Of a stretch of 64,000 nt of DNA, positions 1-11,773 are shown piece after piece. Location of the stretch: assembly GCA_049999805.1 (NCBI GenBank), contig JBNGIO010006099.1, positions 295,243-359,242 of the forward strand. Reading direction: 5' to 3'. How positions within the stretch are numbered: the stretch's first letter is position 1; every line of letters begins with the position of its first letter. The notes below the pieces were generated by a model. The model ran no database searches. It saw only the letters and a program-made list of their open reading frames with translations, and was not told the origin of the DNA. The position numbers were made by a program, and so were the translations under genes. The DNA is from Folioceros fuciformis. Lineage: Eukaryota.

Positions 1-373
1 TGACATACCCAGATACCCGTTCCTATGTTCAAACCATTCTTATATTATTTTTATTATTTATTATTATTATATTATTATTTAATCATTTAATATTATATAT
101 CTTTAATTAATATTAAACTAATCACCCAACCCTATGGCCTGGTACCGAACCTAAACCTTCCCAGGTCTGGGACCAAACCTATACCCACTCTTATAACCAA
201 ACCAACTATTTCCTAGTCAATTAACCTCATTAACACAAAGAAAAATAGGAAAAATGACCAGAAAATCAAGAAAAATTAGGGAAAATAAGTTGAAAAAGAA
301 AACCAAACCATACCACTATTAACCCTTTTTCAACCAAAACAAACTAATACTCCAAACTTTGGAGGTTCACATA
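1..373. mobile_element. AT-rich end of a probable DNA transposon (hAT-like subterminal region) abutting the Copia RT
   Basis: Contains ATACCC/AACC(T/C) motifs and a (TTA)n tract at ~40-80. It ends abruptly at TTTGGAGGTTCAC, where the Copia RT frame begins mid-domain (374). The other end is outside the window. Confidence 0.3.
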
Positions 374-1135
374 AGGTATGGCATGGCAGATTGCAAAGCG
401 ATGGATACACCATTGGAGCAGAACGTCAAGCTGCAAATGGATGTAGGAACTGAGCTAGAAAATGTGACCATGTATCGATAGATGGTCGGAAGTTTGATCT
501 ACTTGACTATCACACGTCCTGACTTAAGTTATTCAATAGGACTGATTAGTCAATTCATGTAGAACCCAAGAAAACCGCACTTGGATGCAGTTAGAAGAAT
601 CATGAGATATGTGAAAGGAACTAATGAGTTTGGATTGCTCTATGAGCATAGGAAGCATCTTGAGCTGACAAAATACACAGATGTTGATTGGGCTGGTTGT
701 GCATATGACGGAAGATCAACCAGTGGATATGCATTCAGTCTGGGAAGTAGTATGATCAGCTAGCAAAGCAAGAAACAACTGACAGTTGCTTTGTCAAGCA
801 CAGAAGCAGAGTATCGAGGAGCTGCAATGGCAGCCTGTGAAGCAACTTGGTTGCAGAAGTTGCTACATGATCTTGGAAATATAGTGAACAGCAAGGTCAC
901 AATCTACTGTGACAACATGAGTAGCATGAGGTTGGCTACTAATCCTATATTTCATGCTCGTTCGAAGCACATAGAAGTACATTATCATTTCATCAAGAAA
1001 GTGGTATTATCTGAGAAGATAGATCTTTGGCACGTGAAGACCGAAGACCAGGTAGCATATATCTTTACTAAGTCGATAGGTAGAGATAAGTTCTTACACT
1101 TTCATGAACTACTTGGAATGTTACAAATAGTCTGA
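374..1135 (+). pseudogene. Ty1/Copia pol fragment (RT C-terminus plus RNase H) with premature stops
   Basis: One frame reads RYGMADCK..YR*MVGSLIYLTITRPDL..HLDAVRRIMRY..YTDVDWAG..RSTSGY..SSTEAEY..IYCDN..HARSKHIEVHYHFI. Stops are CAG>TAG and TGG>TAG types. Confidence 0.95.
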
Positions 1136-1139
1136 GCTT

Positions 1140-1390
1140 GAGGGGGAGTGTTAGAAATCAAGCTCTAATTGAATTGTTATTAAGAGCATACAACACTTAG
1201 GATAGTGTAGATTATCCCATATTGAACTCATAGTTATCTACCACCTAAGTGTTATCAGGATATATTGGGATATACCAAGATATTGCACCCTCGAGACTAA
1301 GGCTTACCTTATCGAGGGTTGCCCTGCCTAAAGGCTATATATGTAGCATCCTGTGCACCATAAGGAATGTATTGTGGAGTCCATCTATGC
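1140..1390 (+). repeat. Copia polypurine tract (1140-1148) and truncated 3' LTR
   Basis: GAGGGGGAG is followed directly by TGTTAG at 1149, just after the RNase H stop. A TATA-like TATATAT lies at ~1336. No matching ...CTAACA end was seen, so the right boundary is approximate. Confidence 0.75.
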
Positions 1391-1973
1391 TAGTGGTGCT
1401 ATTTGAACACCATCAAGGTTGAGCCTGGCAGCTAATGTCTTGTCAATGATCATTGGTTAAGCACCAGTGTCGAGCAGTACAACCCTTGGGGCATACCCAT
1501 TCACCGTAATATGCCCCGCATCATTGTCAACAAGTGCATTGCCGACTTTGACTGCTAGGCGGTTGGTGGGTTGGATCCTAGGAGAGCTAATGGGTTGAGC
1601 AGGTTGCCTTCCAGCTACTGCAACTTCAAACATGCTTCGAGTTATTGTCTCCCTGGTGCAAGGTGAGATGCTACCAGGTACCACCCACCCATCTGGAGCT
1701 AGTGGTCAGAATGACTCTTGAAGACAATACAGCTGCTTGCGCTGGTTGCAATTCCTTGGGCAGACGCTCATGTCCTAAACCCATGTCTTGCAAAGAAAAT
1801 AGAGGAATGCCAGTCAGTTTCTCAAATAATTGTTCCACAGTGAAGCCCCTGGGCATCAAGTAGACTGGCCTACTAGCTGACACCTATGGTTGTGGTGGAG
1901 TCTTGTCTACAGTTTGTGGCCCTCCTGCCAATGTGGAATGCTCTTACCCTCGGACTGGGATTGCACTTCCTGA

Positions 1974-3602
1974 TTACAGTGGTGCAAAAGATTGGGGCAT
2001 GACCACCCTCGCTCCTCGCTGCCGAGTGACTGGCCCTGCTGTTGTCTCCAACACTGGTGGGTATAAATGTTGCCCTACCCACGTCTGTGGCAACTCAGCA
2101 GTTGTCATCTCAGCCTCCATCCAGTTGGCGACACACACCTGATGTGGTGAGCCGTAATCCTCCTCCTTGTCTCTAACTAGTTCAGCATCACTGGCTGGTG
2201 TGGGTAAGGTTGCTCCACTATTGAGACTGGCTGTAAGTGCGCCCAGTTGTGAAGATAACGTTGCAACAGTGGCGTCTAGGGTAGATACCTTCTCTACATT
2301 GGATGCAGCCTTAGCTTTGGCCTTGTCCCTTTGCTGTCGGCTGTGTGAGACCCCAACACTAATACCAGCTTCTGTGGTAGCTGTACCTCCAGCATCAACT
2401 GCTGTAGTCCCTATCCCACTGCTTGCATTTTTCTGAGATCTTCTCTCTGGATGCTTCTGAAAACATATTGTGACCACATGTCCATTCTTTTGACAATGTG
2501 TATAGTACAAGCCTTCCGGTGGGCATTTGCAGGCTGGGCTCATATGCTCAGAACTGCCACAATAGTTGCACAAAGAAGCAACTGTAGCTGCAGCTGCTCC
2601 AGCCTTGACAGGCTTGGCCTGCTGTGACTTGGCCCATGAACTTGTTGCAGTAGACCCCTTTGTGGAGAACATAGACTGGTAATGAGTAAATGCCTTGGAG
2701 TGCCATGAAGCATTTGCAGAGAAAGCGATCTCCCTGCGTTCAACTTCTTCATGTACTTGCTCCAAGGTATACCTATCACCATATTTATCCACCAACGCTG
2801 TGATGAGCTGAAAGTGAAAGAGTGGGTCTCCTTCCAAGGCTGTTAGGAATTTCTCCACTGCCTCTTGGTCCGTTAGCATCCCTGTGCCCTCACATAGCTT
2901 TTGTAATCTACAAAACGCCATTTGCACGGTTTCTCCCTTCTTCCTAGCAAAAGATGCCAGCTCTGCAATTTTCTCCAGAGTCTTCAATGGGAAGGCTTTC
3001 TCCAATATGCCCATGAATTCTTCGACGGGGTTGGCATACTTAGGAATTTGCAACTCATCAGGTATGCCCACAGTGGCTGCTATCCTTTCATCTGGTGTAA
3101 GAGTCACGTCTGTTGGAGGTGGCACTGTTGGTGCCACCGTGGTTGCAACAATGGCCTGCTGATGGCCGTGAATGGCTGCAGCCAGCTTGGCGTTGTAAGC
3201 CAGCTGAAGAGCCTCCTGGAACCTTGGACTAGGCGTGGACACCATGGCTATGAGCTCAGCCTGATGCAGCTCATAAAGGTTTAGAGCTTCATCTGTCAGA
3301 TAACTTGAAAGCTGCTCAAACATATACAAATGGTTGTAAGCTCCAGCATGCTTGAATTTTACCCGACTGATGACAACATTGAGGTGCAGTCTGAAATCCC
3401 GCAAAGTTTGTGTCCCTGGTCTCCCAGAGAATCTCTCCTGCTTGTAAGGTGCTCCTCCCTCCATGGATCTAGTATCTGAATCCTCAGAGAGGTCTGCCCG
3501 ACCTTGAGACCCTAACCTTGCAGTTGTGACTACAAGACAATTGAAACCAGCTCCTTGGCTTCCCAAAGGAACTGTGGGGGCAGTTGTGGCTGTCCAGCCC
3601 AC
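1974..3602 (-). CDS. Retrotransposon Gag (capsid plus two CCHC knuckles)
   Basis: 542-aa ORF with ERFSG..LRDF, an MHR-like RKKGETVQMAFCRL, and knuckles CNYCGSSEHMSPAC and (Y)THCQKNGHVVTIC. Confidence 0.8.
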   Translation of the reverse strand: MGWTATTAPTVPLGSQGAGFNCLVVTTARLGSQGRADLSEDSDTRSMEGGAPYKQERFSGRPGTQTLRDFRLHLNVVISRVKFKHAGAYNHLYMFEQLSSYLTDEALNLYELHQAELIAMVSTPSPRFQEALQLAYNAKLAAAIHGHQQAIVATTVAPTVPPPTDVTLTPDERIAATVGIPDELQIPKYANPVEEFMGILEKAFPLKTLEKIAELASFARKKGETVQMAFCRLQKLCEGTGMLTDQEAVEKFLTALEGDPLFHFQLITALVDKYGDRYTLEQVHEEVERREIAFSANASWHSKAFTHYQSMFSTKGSTATSSWAKSQQAKPVKAGAAAATVASLCNYCGSSEHMSPACKCPPEGLYYTHCQKNGHVVTICFQKHPERRSQKNASSGIGTTAVDAGGTATTEAGISVGVSHSRQQRDKAKAKAASNVEKVSTLDATVATLSSQLGALTASLNSGATLPTPASDAELVRDKEEDYGSPHQVCVANWMEAEMTTAELPQTWVGQHLYPPVLETTAGPVTRQRGARVVMPQSFAPL

Positions 3603-4221
3603 AAACAGAGAGCAACTTTTGATCTCTGGTTGCTGCTAGTCTACAGCACTTAGCCCAGCTTGATGGTCCTCTTGGACCTCTTCCTCCCAAGACAAACATC
3701 GCTGACCTACAGCTCTCATCCTCCTGGCTCGTCCACGCTCCGGTGTAACCCTAGCAGGGACGTTCCTCGATCGCAGATGATAACGTGGGCTGCCTTCAGG
3801 CTCCTCGCGTTGCATAACCTATGCAACAACTCGCACACAAACGACCAATTCTCAGCGAGAGGTGGCATGCAAGCACACCTATTAGAGAACCCTATATGCC
3901 TCCCCAGCACAAAATAGTAAGCACAACTGCTCTAGATTTGATCATGCAGCAACACCCACAATTCCCTATGTCTGCCCTAGGATTTAGGAACACAGCATAG
4001 CAAAACTCCAGCTCACATGTGAAGATTGCAGCACACGGCCTTGCTCACTCGCGATGCCAGATCAAAAATCAAAACAAATGCAGCAAGAGCAAAACCCTGT
4101 TGTCCAAAGCTTTCAAATGCAGTCAATCCCTGGGTAGGGCTTCAAATCGCACACAAAGCATACCAAATTGCTTGCCTTGACAAGGCGCGTCAAATGGTAT
4201 AAGAAGAAATGGCAACCAACC

Positions 4222-4935
4222 TGTAATGCGGGCACTATGAGCCCTGGAAGGTTGGTAACCCTAAACTTGTTAAGTCAGCGTTGCAGCTGGCGTCTGGCGA
4301 GATGGGGAGGATGGCGCCTTGCTGTAGGTGCGTCACCACCTCTTCTAAGCCCAGATGCGCTTAGATCTTGCAGCTGGTCATCGAAGTGACATGAAATCTG
4401 CTCACACGCAGGTTTCTGGACGTTTTTGTTGGAAGAACTTGATTGACGGGCTGCCTATGCCAGGCAGCTTGGAGTCGGGTAAATGACACCGGGTGCTGCA
4501 GCGAGATACAAAGAACATCAATCCTTACAACTCTTGAGCCCAAATATGGCCGGAACAACAAAAGCAATTAAGTTTCTAAGATAGCGGCAGGCACTCTCCC
4601 TTGGTGCGACTTCGATGACAAGCGGCCTCCATCTCCATCTCCAGGATTTAGCGTGGCGGCCATGGCTGACGTCAGCAATTCTGGTGCGGGCTTGCCTCTT
4701 TGAGTCATGCTCATTTGGTTGGGCTCACACTCTCGGTGTGGGCCCACGGGTTTCAGCAGGGTAGCTACAAGCATGCCCTAATCCACGTTCTCTAGTTTTT
4801 GGTGTTTACTAATTACTGTTGAGCGTTTGCTAATTGCCAACATTTAAATGGCATTATTCTAAACTAATCCTTATTTAAAGGATACTTATTTCACGCTGCT
4901 TACTCAACCTTGAGCTCACCTTTGGTATCGTGACA
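4222..4935 (-). repeat. Putative 5' LTR (~714 bp) of the Gypsy-like element
   Basis: Minus strand reads TGTCAC...GCATTACA, then GGT-TGGTTGCC as a PBS-like TGG. The priming tRNA was not identified and there is no second LTR to confirm the ends. Confidence 0.45.
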
Positions 4936-5113
4936 AGGCACGAAACCCGAAGCGCCATGTCGTCATGATCATGTCTTTGTTTGCATCATGCTAAGCGCAA
5001 AGTCACCGTGGTATCCATGACCTGAGATCTAATAATAGAGTACTTGGCCGTAATGGATGCTATTCCGGATCACTATAATCTCACTGCAGCGTAACCGTAA
5101 CTGTTTGTATTCC
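4936..5113 (+). repeat. Left inverted-repeat arm of the MULE (inner part)
   Basis: Reverse complement of 25727-25900, with ~24 mismatches and one 4-nt gap by hand alignment. A 31-bp perfect core links 4976-5006 and 25830-25860. Confidence 0.9.
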
Positions 5114-5272
5114 AGCTGTATACGGCATAAATACCTTGCGCGAGTTACTTGACTATGCCTTATAGCTCACAACGTGGATCAAGTTACATTGCGTGGTTGC
5201 TTGTGTTTTGACAGGACAACATAGTAGTGTGCATTGAAAGCAGGTTTCGTAGTTCACACTCCATAGTGCACG

Positions 5273-8200
5273 ATGAGGATTGATCTCCAAGCGGTGATCG
5301 CTCAATTGGAAGAAGATGAACCTATGCAACTCGGCTATGTGTTGCTGTGCATTGTTGTTGAGGATTATGATGTAGGCTGACATGTGTATCAAGGGTGTGT
5401 TACTTGTTTCACAGCGATCTCCCCAAATGGTTGGTGCAAAAAGTGTAAGGAAGTTGTAAGTGGCAAGCTGCATTATCGTTTACGACTGCTGCTTGCAGAT
5501 TCAAGTTCCAAGACATGGGCAACTACTTTCGCAGCCGGAAGGGATTTTCTAAGGTTTTTTGTTCGCGAAGAAAATATTCAGATTAATATTGTCGTCCTCT
5601 TACAATATCTAAGGGGACCCCTCAGGGGGCCTACATATTTACATAACATGAGCAAAGGATCGGGAGAAAAAAACGACCTCGTGCCCAGCCTCCTGAACAA
5701 GCGAGGAGAAGGCTCCCCACCACCTTGATAATAACCGACTACAAAGACCATCAAGTCTTAACCCTCAAAATCCCCCGAGGGCCATGGGGCTCACCTTCCC
5801 CAAGGGTAGGCGTGATTCCAATGATCGTCATTTCCAGTAACTAGGAAGCCTGCCAACCTGCATTCACTCCGCTTGAACTATTTCCAATGGGACTGCCTCA
5901 GACTTTCTGCCGCAATTAGTATATGCTCCCAAAGGGACCAAAGTAGAGCCTTAGACGAGGCTGGCTCCTTACCTCCATAGACCACAGCAGACCAGTTGAC
6001 CCAAAGATGAAAAAAGCAAGAAGACCACAATAAACCCCACCGTTGCATCTGAAGTAGAGCTTTGCCCCAGGTTGAATCCAACCCAAAGAGAGCAGTTTGT
6101 TTCATAATCCTGAGGCTAGTGCCAGGGAGAATCCTTTGCAACCAATTGCCCACCTCACTCCATACCTCTTGGGTAAACTGCAGTGGAAGAACATGTGCTG
6201 GCTTTTGTTTCGGGCACCAGAGGAGCACAGTCGACACTGGTCTTCTCCCGTAGCAACCAACAGCCCATCCCAACGATCCGCATTAGGCAAACAAGCTTGA
6301 AAAAAGCACCAAACCGTCGCCCTAACCTTGGGAGGAATACCTACTGACTTCCAAAGCAACTTGATTGCTTCCCTTTGTCGCCTCACAGATAATTGTAGCC
6401 TGGGAGCCATTGGTTGCCGTTCCTTGAGTTTCTACGCTCGTACCATCCAGAGGAAGATGTCCGCCATTGGGAAGTTGAAGAAGGACCGAAGGTTGACCGT
6501 CTTGCACCCTGGCCTCCTGGGCCACTTGTAGAGATCTGGTCTTAAGGCCAAATCCCAATTTTCAGCGAGCTGAAACCAACATCGCACGACTGGTTTGCTT
6601 AGGATTTGCGACCCACTAGAACGTTCGACTTGAGTGCACCACCGCCCTGCGCGCATAGACTTTGAGAGGACCGTGATGGCCCTTAGTTCCCCTCTTCGGA
6701 CATCACCATCATCCCTGCTCTGATTTTCCAAAAGCCCTTCAGGCGACAAGACCTTGAATAACCGCAATTCTTCTTTGTCAGCCGTACCTGTAAGCCAAAC
6801 TGCCCTATCCAATTCTAGGTCATCCTCCTGCTCATTCTTCTCAGAGTCGACTCCCTTACTATCCATGCAGTACACATACCACCCCTCGGTGCCCCGGGTA
6901 GGTTGTTGCCTCAACACCTGTTGTACGTTATCATCTAACCCCTCTTGCAACCATGAAAAAATGAGCCAAACATGTCTAGTTACTAATCCAAATTCACCCT
7001 TGACTTCCTCCACCTCCTTCCAGCGGGCCTCTGTTTTGTTCCATAAGTGACCAAGCTGGATAACACCTTGCCGACACGCCAATCCAAAGGTTTGTGACCA
7101 TACACCCTTGCCCTAAACTCTTGAGCCCACAACCTTGAGAAACCTTGTAAAGGAACACCCAGAACATCATCAACATGCACAGGGTTACTAGGGATAATGC
7201 ATCGATTAATCTCTAAGTAGCTACTCCAGATTGACTTGAATAGTGGGGAGCACTCTGCCGTATCAAGAAGTGGTTTATCAGCAAGGATGTTGTTTATAGA
7301 CCTCCTTCCCCTTGGGACAGCTTGGGTGCACTCCAAATGTTGTGTTAGCAGGCTCTTCCAAGGGTAGTAGGCAGGATCCCCCGCCCTGACTACCCACTGA
7401 GCATGCAAGACTTTCATCTTGGCAACCGGATCGACCATCCCAAGCCCCCCCAAACTACGTGCCTGAATAATGTGTTGCCAAGCCACCTTAGAGGACCCAA
7501 CCAAGCTATCCCCCGCACACTTCCACAAGAAAGAAGTCAGCATCTATTGCAACCGTTTCACCTCTGTCTTGGTAGAGGCCCATAAGAACAAATAATACCA
7601 TAGCGAGGCTGATAGGATATGATTAATCACCACCAACCTTCCTGCAAGGTTAAGCTCCAACAGCTGCAAGCTCGCCACTTTACGAATGAATCTGAGGCAC
7701 ACATACTTACCTATCTCACCGTTCTCATCTCCCTCTTGGACGGGAAGTCCCAGATATTTGTGAGAGCACCCCTGCGACACCCTCCGAATGTGTCGAATGC
7801 ATGGAGGTAACTCCCGTTCCATGTGCAAACACATCATACGAGTCTTACTCCAATTAACCTTGCACCCCGACAATTCCCCAAAGATCTTGACCTATTGGAG
7901 TAGAGCTGTCAAAGAGGCCTCCTCTGCCGAGGAAAAAAGAAGGGTATCGTCTACAAAGGCAGAGACCCTTAACTGCGATCCGTTTGGGTTGCGAATACCC
8001 TTGACCACCTGGTCTTGTTTAACTGCTTGTAGGAAGAAGTCAGTACCATAATAAATAAGAATGGAGCAAGGGGGCAACCCTGACGTACCGACCGATGAAT
8101 GCCAAACCGCTCCGTAAAGGTTCCATTGACCGCAACCTTGGCCCCTGCATCTTCACACAAAATGGCGATCCACCTATAGAAGTTATTCCCGAACCCAAAG

Positions 8201-11200
8201 CTATGCAAGCACCTCCACAAAAAGTGCCACTCAATGGAATCATAAGCCTTGTAAAAATACAGGGAAATGAAAACGGCAGCTTTCTTTTGAACCTACGCAT
8301 TATACTTAGCTTCCCACAAGAGTAGAAGGTTGTCCAAGATGCATTTGTTCTGGATGAACCCCGCTACTCTTTCTCAATCCAATCATCCAGAAAAGGCTTA
8401 ATGCGGTTAGCCAGAACCTTAGCTATAACCTTGTACGTAGTTGTAAGCAAGGTGATTAGATGCCAATTGGAGATCGATAAACTGGCGTCCTACTTAGGGA
8501 GCAAGGCGATGACCCCCATGTTAAACCAACTCCCCATGCTGCCTTCCTCCAAAATCATGTCCGCCGCCTCCATGAATAAAGGCTACATAAACTCCCAGCC
8601 CCACAACAGTATCTCGGGCGGGATACCATCGTGACCCGGGGATTTATTCCTTGGCATCCTCTTCAGAGCCTGCAGCACTTCATCTGCAGTAATTGGCTTA
8701 TCCAACTCCTGACGTTGGACTTCAGACACTTTAGCTGAAAGTGACCCGTAGGCTGCCGCCCAGAGCCGCTCCCACCCTGCCACCGCTGGAAAAAATTCCC
8801 ACATACAAGAGGGTGATGAGTTTTCTCAAACCTTCAAGCGAAACCTGCACCACTCCTTGCATGTCCGGGAGAGCAGAGATGCGCGACCTGTGCCGGTTAG
8901 TAGCCACCTTATCGAAAAAGAATTTAGACGAACCGTCCCCTTCCTTCAGCCATTCAACCTTTGACCGTTTAAACCACCCTCTGGCTTTGTCTTCTTCCAA
9001 TTTGGCTAAGGCGCATTGCACCTCTATGTTTCGGGCTTCTTCTTCGATTGTGAAGTCCCGCTCCTCACAACTCCTTTGTAGCCAACCTAGTTCCTCTCTC
9101 CAAACACATTCTTGCTAGCGCAGTTCCTTCGCCCTTTGGACCCCCTGTTTCCTCAAATACCTAGTCGCGACATTGTAAGCACATATCAATCTGGACACAG
9201 CAGGCTCTTCCCCCTGTTCTATTCCCTGCCAGAGGTTTTTGACCTCCTCGAACACACCTTTTTCCTTAAGTAAGGACGTGTTCATCCGAAAGTTTTGCAT
9301 ATGCCTCCTCTTCCTCTCCAAGGCAGGGGCAAGCCTCAAGTGCAAGCCAATAGGGTGATGATCCGACAGGATCGTACCAGCAAGGATATTGTATGACTGC
9401 ACAAGGGGTAACCAACCAGACGGAACATAGAATCTGTCCAATCTGTGCACTCCCAAATTCCGCTGCTGTTGGTTAGTCCAACTAAACGGTTTAGGGTTTA
9501 GGGTTTACCCAACTAAACCCAACTGACGGTGCGCTGGGAGGGCCAGCCACGGATCCTGAACAGCCAAGACATTATTTCTCAGTTCCAGCCAAGACATGGG
9601 CACCGACCGAATATCTACTGAGCTCTCTCCACGGATATCTTCCCATCTTTCAACAAAGTTGAAATCCCCAGCCAACATCCACGGTATCTGCTCATCCAGC
9701 TGTTCCCCCAGCCTACCCCAGAGACTACTCTTGTCAGAGGTAGCGTTGGGGGCATAAATATTACAGATGCCAAGTGGGCCTTGAGGTGTTTGTAGCACCA
9801 GCCACACAAACCTACCACCCTCATCTTGACCCGACTCCAAGATATTGTGAGTGTGTTCTGGGTGAACAGTTATGGACACCCCCCCCGTCGGGTTGTTGAT
9901 GTTCGTTGAGTCGGAGAATCCCCTCTGCTTGCTTCCTCTACTCTAGTTGCCACCCATTCAATTCGACCTGGAAGGAAGAGCTTCTTCACTTTTTGGATAT
10001 GCTCCATGGAGAGCTTATGCTCTTGCAGGCAAACAACATCCCAAGTGACCTCCTATTCTAACAGGTGCTTCAACCTCCTACACTTTGAAGCCGTCTTTGA
10101 CCATCCCCCTAAACCCCTCACATTCCATGAGATGATTCGCAAGTGCGTCCCCCTCTCATAATTTTTTAAGGTGTCGAGTCCCATTTATCAGGATTTGCTT
10201 GAGAGCTTCTGGACCGCAGTAGGTTTAGGCATCCTAGCCCCAGACATGAGTCTAGACCGAGACAACTGATTATTAGCTTTAAGGTCTAGAGACATTCTTT
10301 GAAGCCGTTCAGATTTATAGACTGCAGGCGCACACCTCCTGCCCTCAGCACTTAGGGTTTAGGGTCCCGTACAACAACACCTTCTGTCAAAGCGAGAAGG
10401 CTATCTACTCTTACACCAAAGCGTGGTAGCTTACTACTATTGAAGAAGTGAGAATCCACCTTAGGCACTTCCACCACCCTGCTAATAACCCCCAACATAT
10501 GGCGGATCATTGGGACGAGTTGAACAGGCAAGGCCGGGAGACCCACCCATAAAAATGCCGCTTGATTGTAGATCGCATGATCGTAGTCCCTGGAGACCAG
10601 GCCTCCACCAGCACCGGGATAGATCCTCGAAATGACTCCGTTGTTTGCAAGAGGTCTGGGCTCCAACTGCCTCATCGCACTTAATCTGAAAAGAACCATC
10701 TGCCTTCAGGAAGACATACGTTGGGGGACAGCCCGTTACTCGTAGCACCCAGTCTTCCAATTCCCCCACTGTAGGAGGACCTCCAGATAGCAGCCTTCCC
10801 ACGACCGAATTGGCAGCAAGATTGTCCTCCTCTTTTTGGAAAAATCTTGCTTCCATGAGAACGTCCGCCAAGGGGCCAAGCTGCAAACCTGAGCCTTCTT
10901 TTGTTGTTCTCGAGGCATAATCTTGAGTGGTGCCCACCCGAGTTTGTCCTTGAGCATAGTCCACCTCAAGTGTTTGTACCTGCGAGTCTTTCTCTGTCGC
11001 GGGTTTTGTCCAACTAGCATCAAGAAGGTTAGATTTCGTCAACACCGCATTTTTCCCCTGCACCTTCTATTTATTAGCACACAAACCGACCACTGCCGCC
11101 CATGTGCCACCTGCCGAGCCCCCCCGTGGGGGGCTCATCGCCTCCATTGAGCCACCGAGCTATCAACCCTCTGCCATGGGTGGAGCGAGCCTCACCACCC

Positions 11201-11736
11201 TCACCATCTCCACTTGTGTGCTAGAGACTAGGGATTTTATGAGGTTGACTCCGGAGGAGTTCAGTATGAAAGAAGTGAGAGGAGAAGCGTCAACTTCGCT
11301 TAGAAGGCTGCAAGGAAGGCATTTCTTTTGCCTCTTCTCCATTAAGAGAGCCACTACTCACCACCCTGCAAGTGTTATTATTTTACGAGAGGATGCAGTG
11401 TATATGCAGATGCAGGACTTGTTTCCAACCATTTCAGAGCTAGGGAGTACACTAGCTAGACCACACCTAGGAAAACCATGTGCTAAGAGCCCAAGAACAC
11501 CAAGCATTGAAGGTTTGTCCTTAAGTGTCTTAGACACAGCCATACCCACATCTTCTCATGCAAACATGAATTTACAACTAGCAAACAACCCTTTGTCATT
11601 GTCTGCTGCTCTTGTCATTTGCTCCTGCTTATCCATATTAGGGGCTATAGTGATAATGTCCCACCCAACTACCACCCTTGCCACTATTTCTCTCATACTT
11701 TGCCTTGCAGGCATTGCATTGTGCTGGCTTTTGTAA
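5273..11736 (+). pseudogene. RPA70 C-terminal (Rep_fac-A_C)-like OB-fold/C4 zinc-finger gene split by a LINE (5273-5556 + 11247-11736, ~257 aa)
   Basis: Reads MRIDLQAVIAQL..VG*HVYQGCVTCFTAISPNGWCKKC..HYRLRLLLADSSSKTWATTFAAGRDFLR|LTPEEF..LRRLQGRHFFCLFSIK. This fits the RPA1 DBD-C pattern (Y-x-x-CxxC..CxxC..Y-x-L..D..W-x-T-x-F). One TGA at 5378 is probably from CGA. Confidence 0.75.
5557..11229 (-). mobile_element. L1-clade LINE, internally deleted and degenerate
   Basis: 17-bp TSD with 2 mismatches: AGGGATTTTCTAAGGTT (5540-5556) and AGGGATTTTATGAGGTT (11230-11246). Contains an ORF1 fragment (~11165-10365), APE endonuclease (IISWNV, NIYAPN, GDFN, RLDRF, SDHHP), RT (KSPGHDG, RQGCPLAP, FVDD) and zf-RVT. 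The 3' end is TTTTCTTCGCGAACAAAA. Confidence 0.95.
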
Positions 11737-11773
11737 GACTTTCCCATGTTCTATATTTGAAAAACAAAAGGTG

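Larger units (their letters stand above)
1391..4935 (-). mobile_element. 5' part of a Gypsy-like LTR retrotransposon (LTR, gag, protease), truncated at the Copia LTR
   Basis: Begins TGTCACGA at 4935 (minus), exactly where homology to the Mutator inverted repeat stops. Contains gag ORF 3602-1974 and retropepsin motif VLLDTGA*PMIIDKTLAARLNL at ~1480-1415. RT and integrase are not in the window. Confidence 0.8.

Noticed and set aside
4940-4957. TGGCGCTT.. (minus here, and plus at 25879) as an LTR primer-binding site
   Set aside because: It lies within the MULE inverted repeat and outside the putative LTR start. No tRNA match was recognised.
9490-9506. True telomere or chromosome-fusion site
   Set aside because: Only 2-3 units, with collinear LINE sequence on both sides.
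5273-11736. Helitron interpretation of the RPA-like gene
   Set aside because: No Rep/helicase and no TC...hairpin-CTRR ends were found. The gene lies inside inverted repeats with a MULE transposase.
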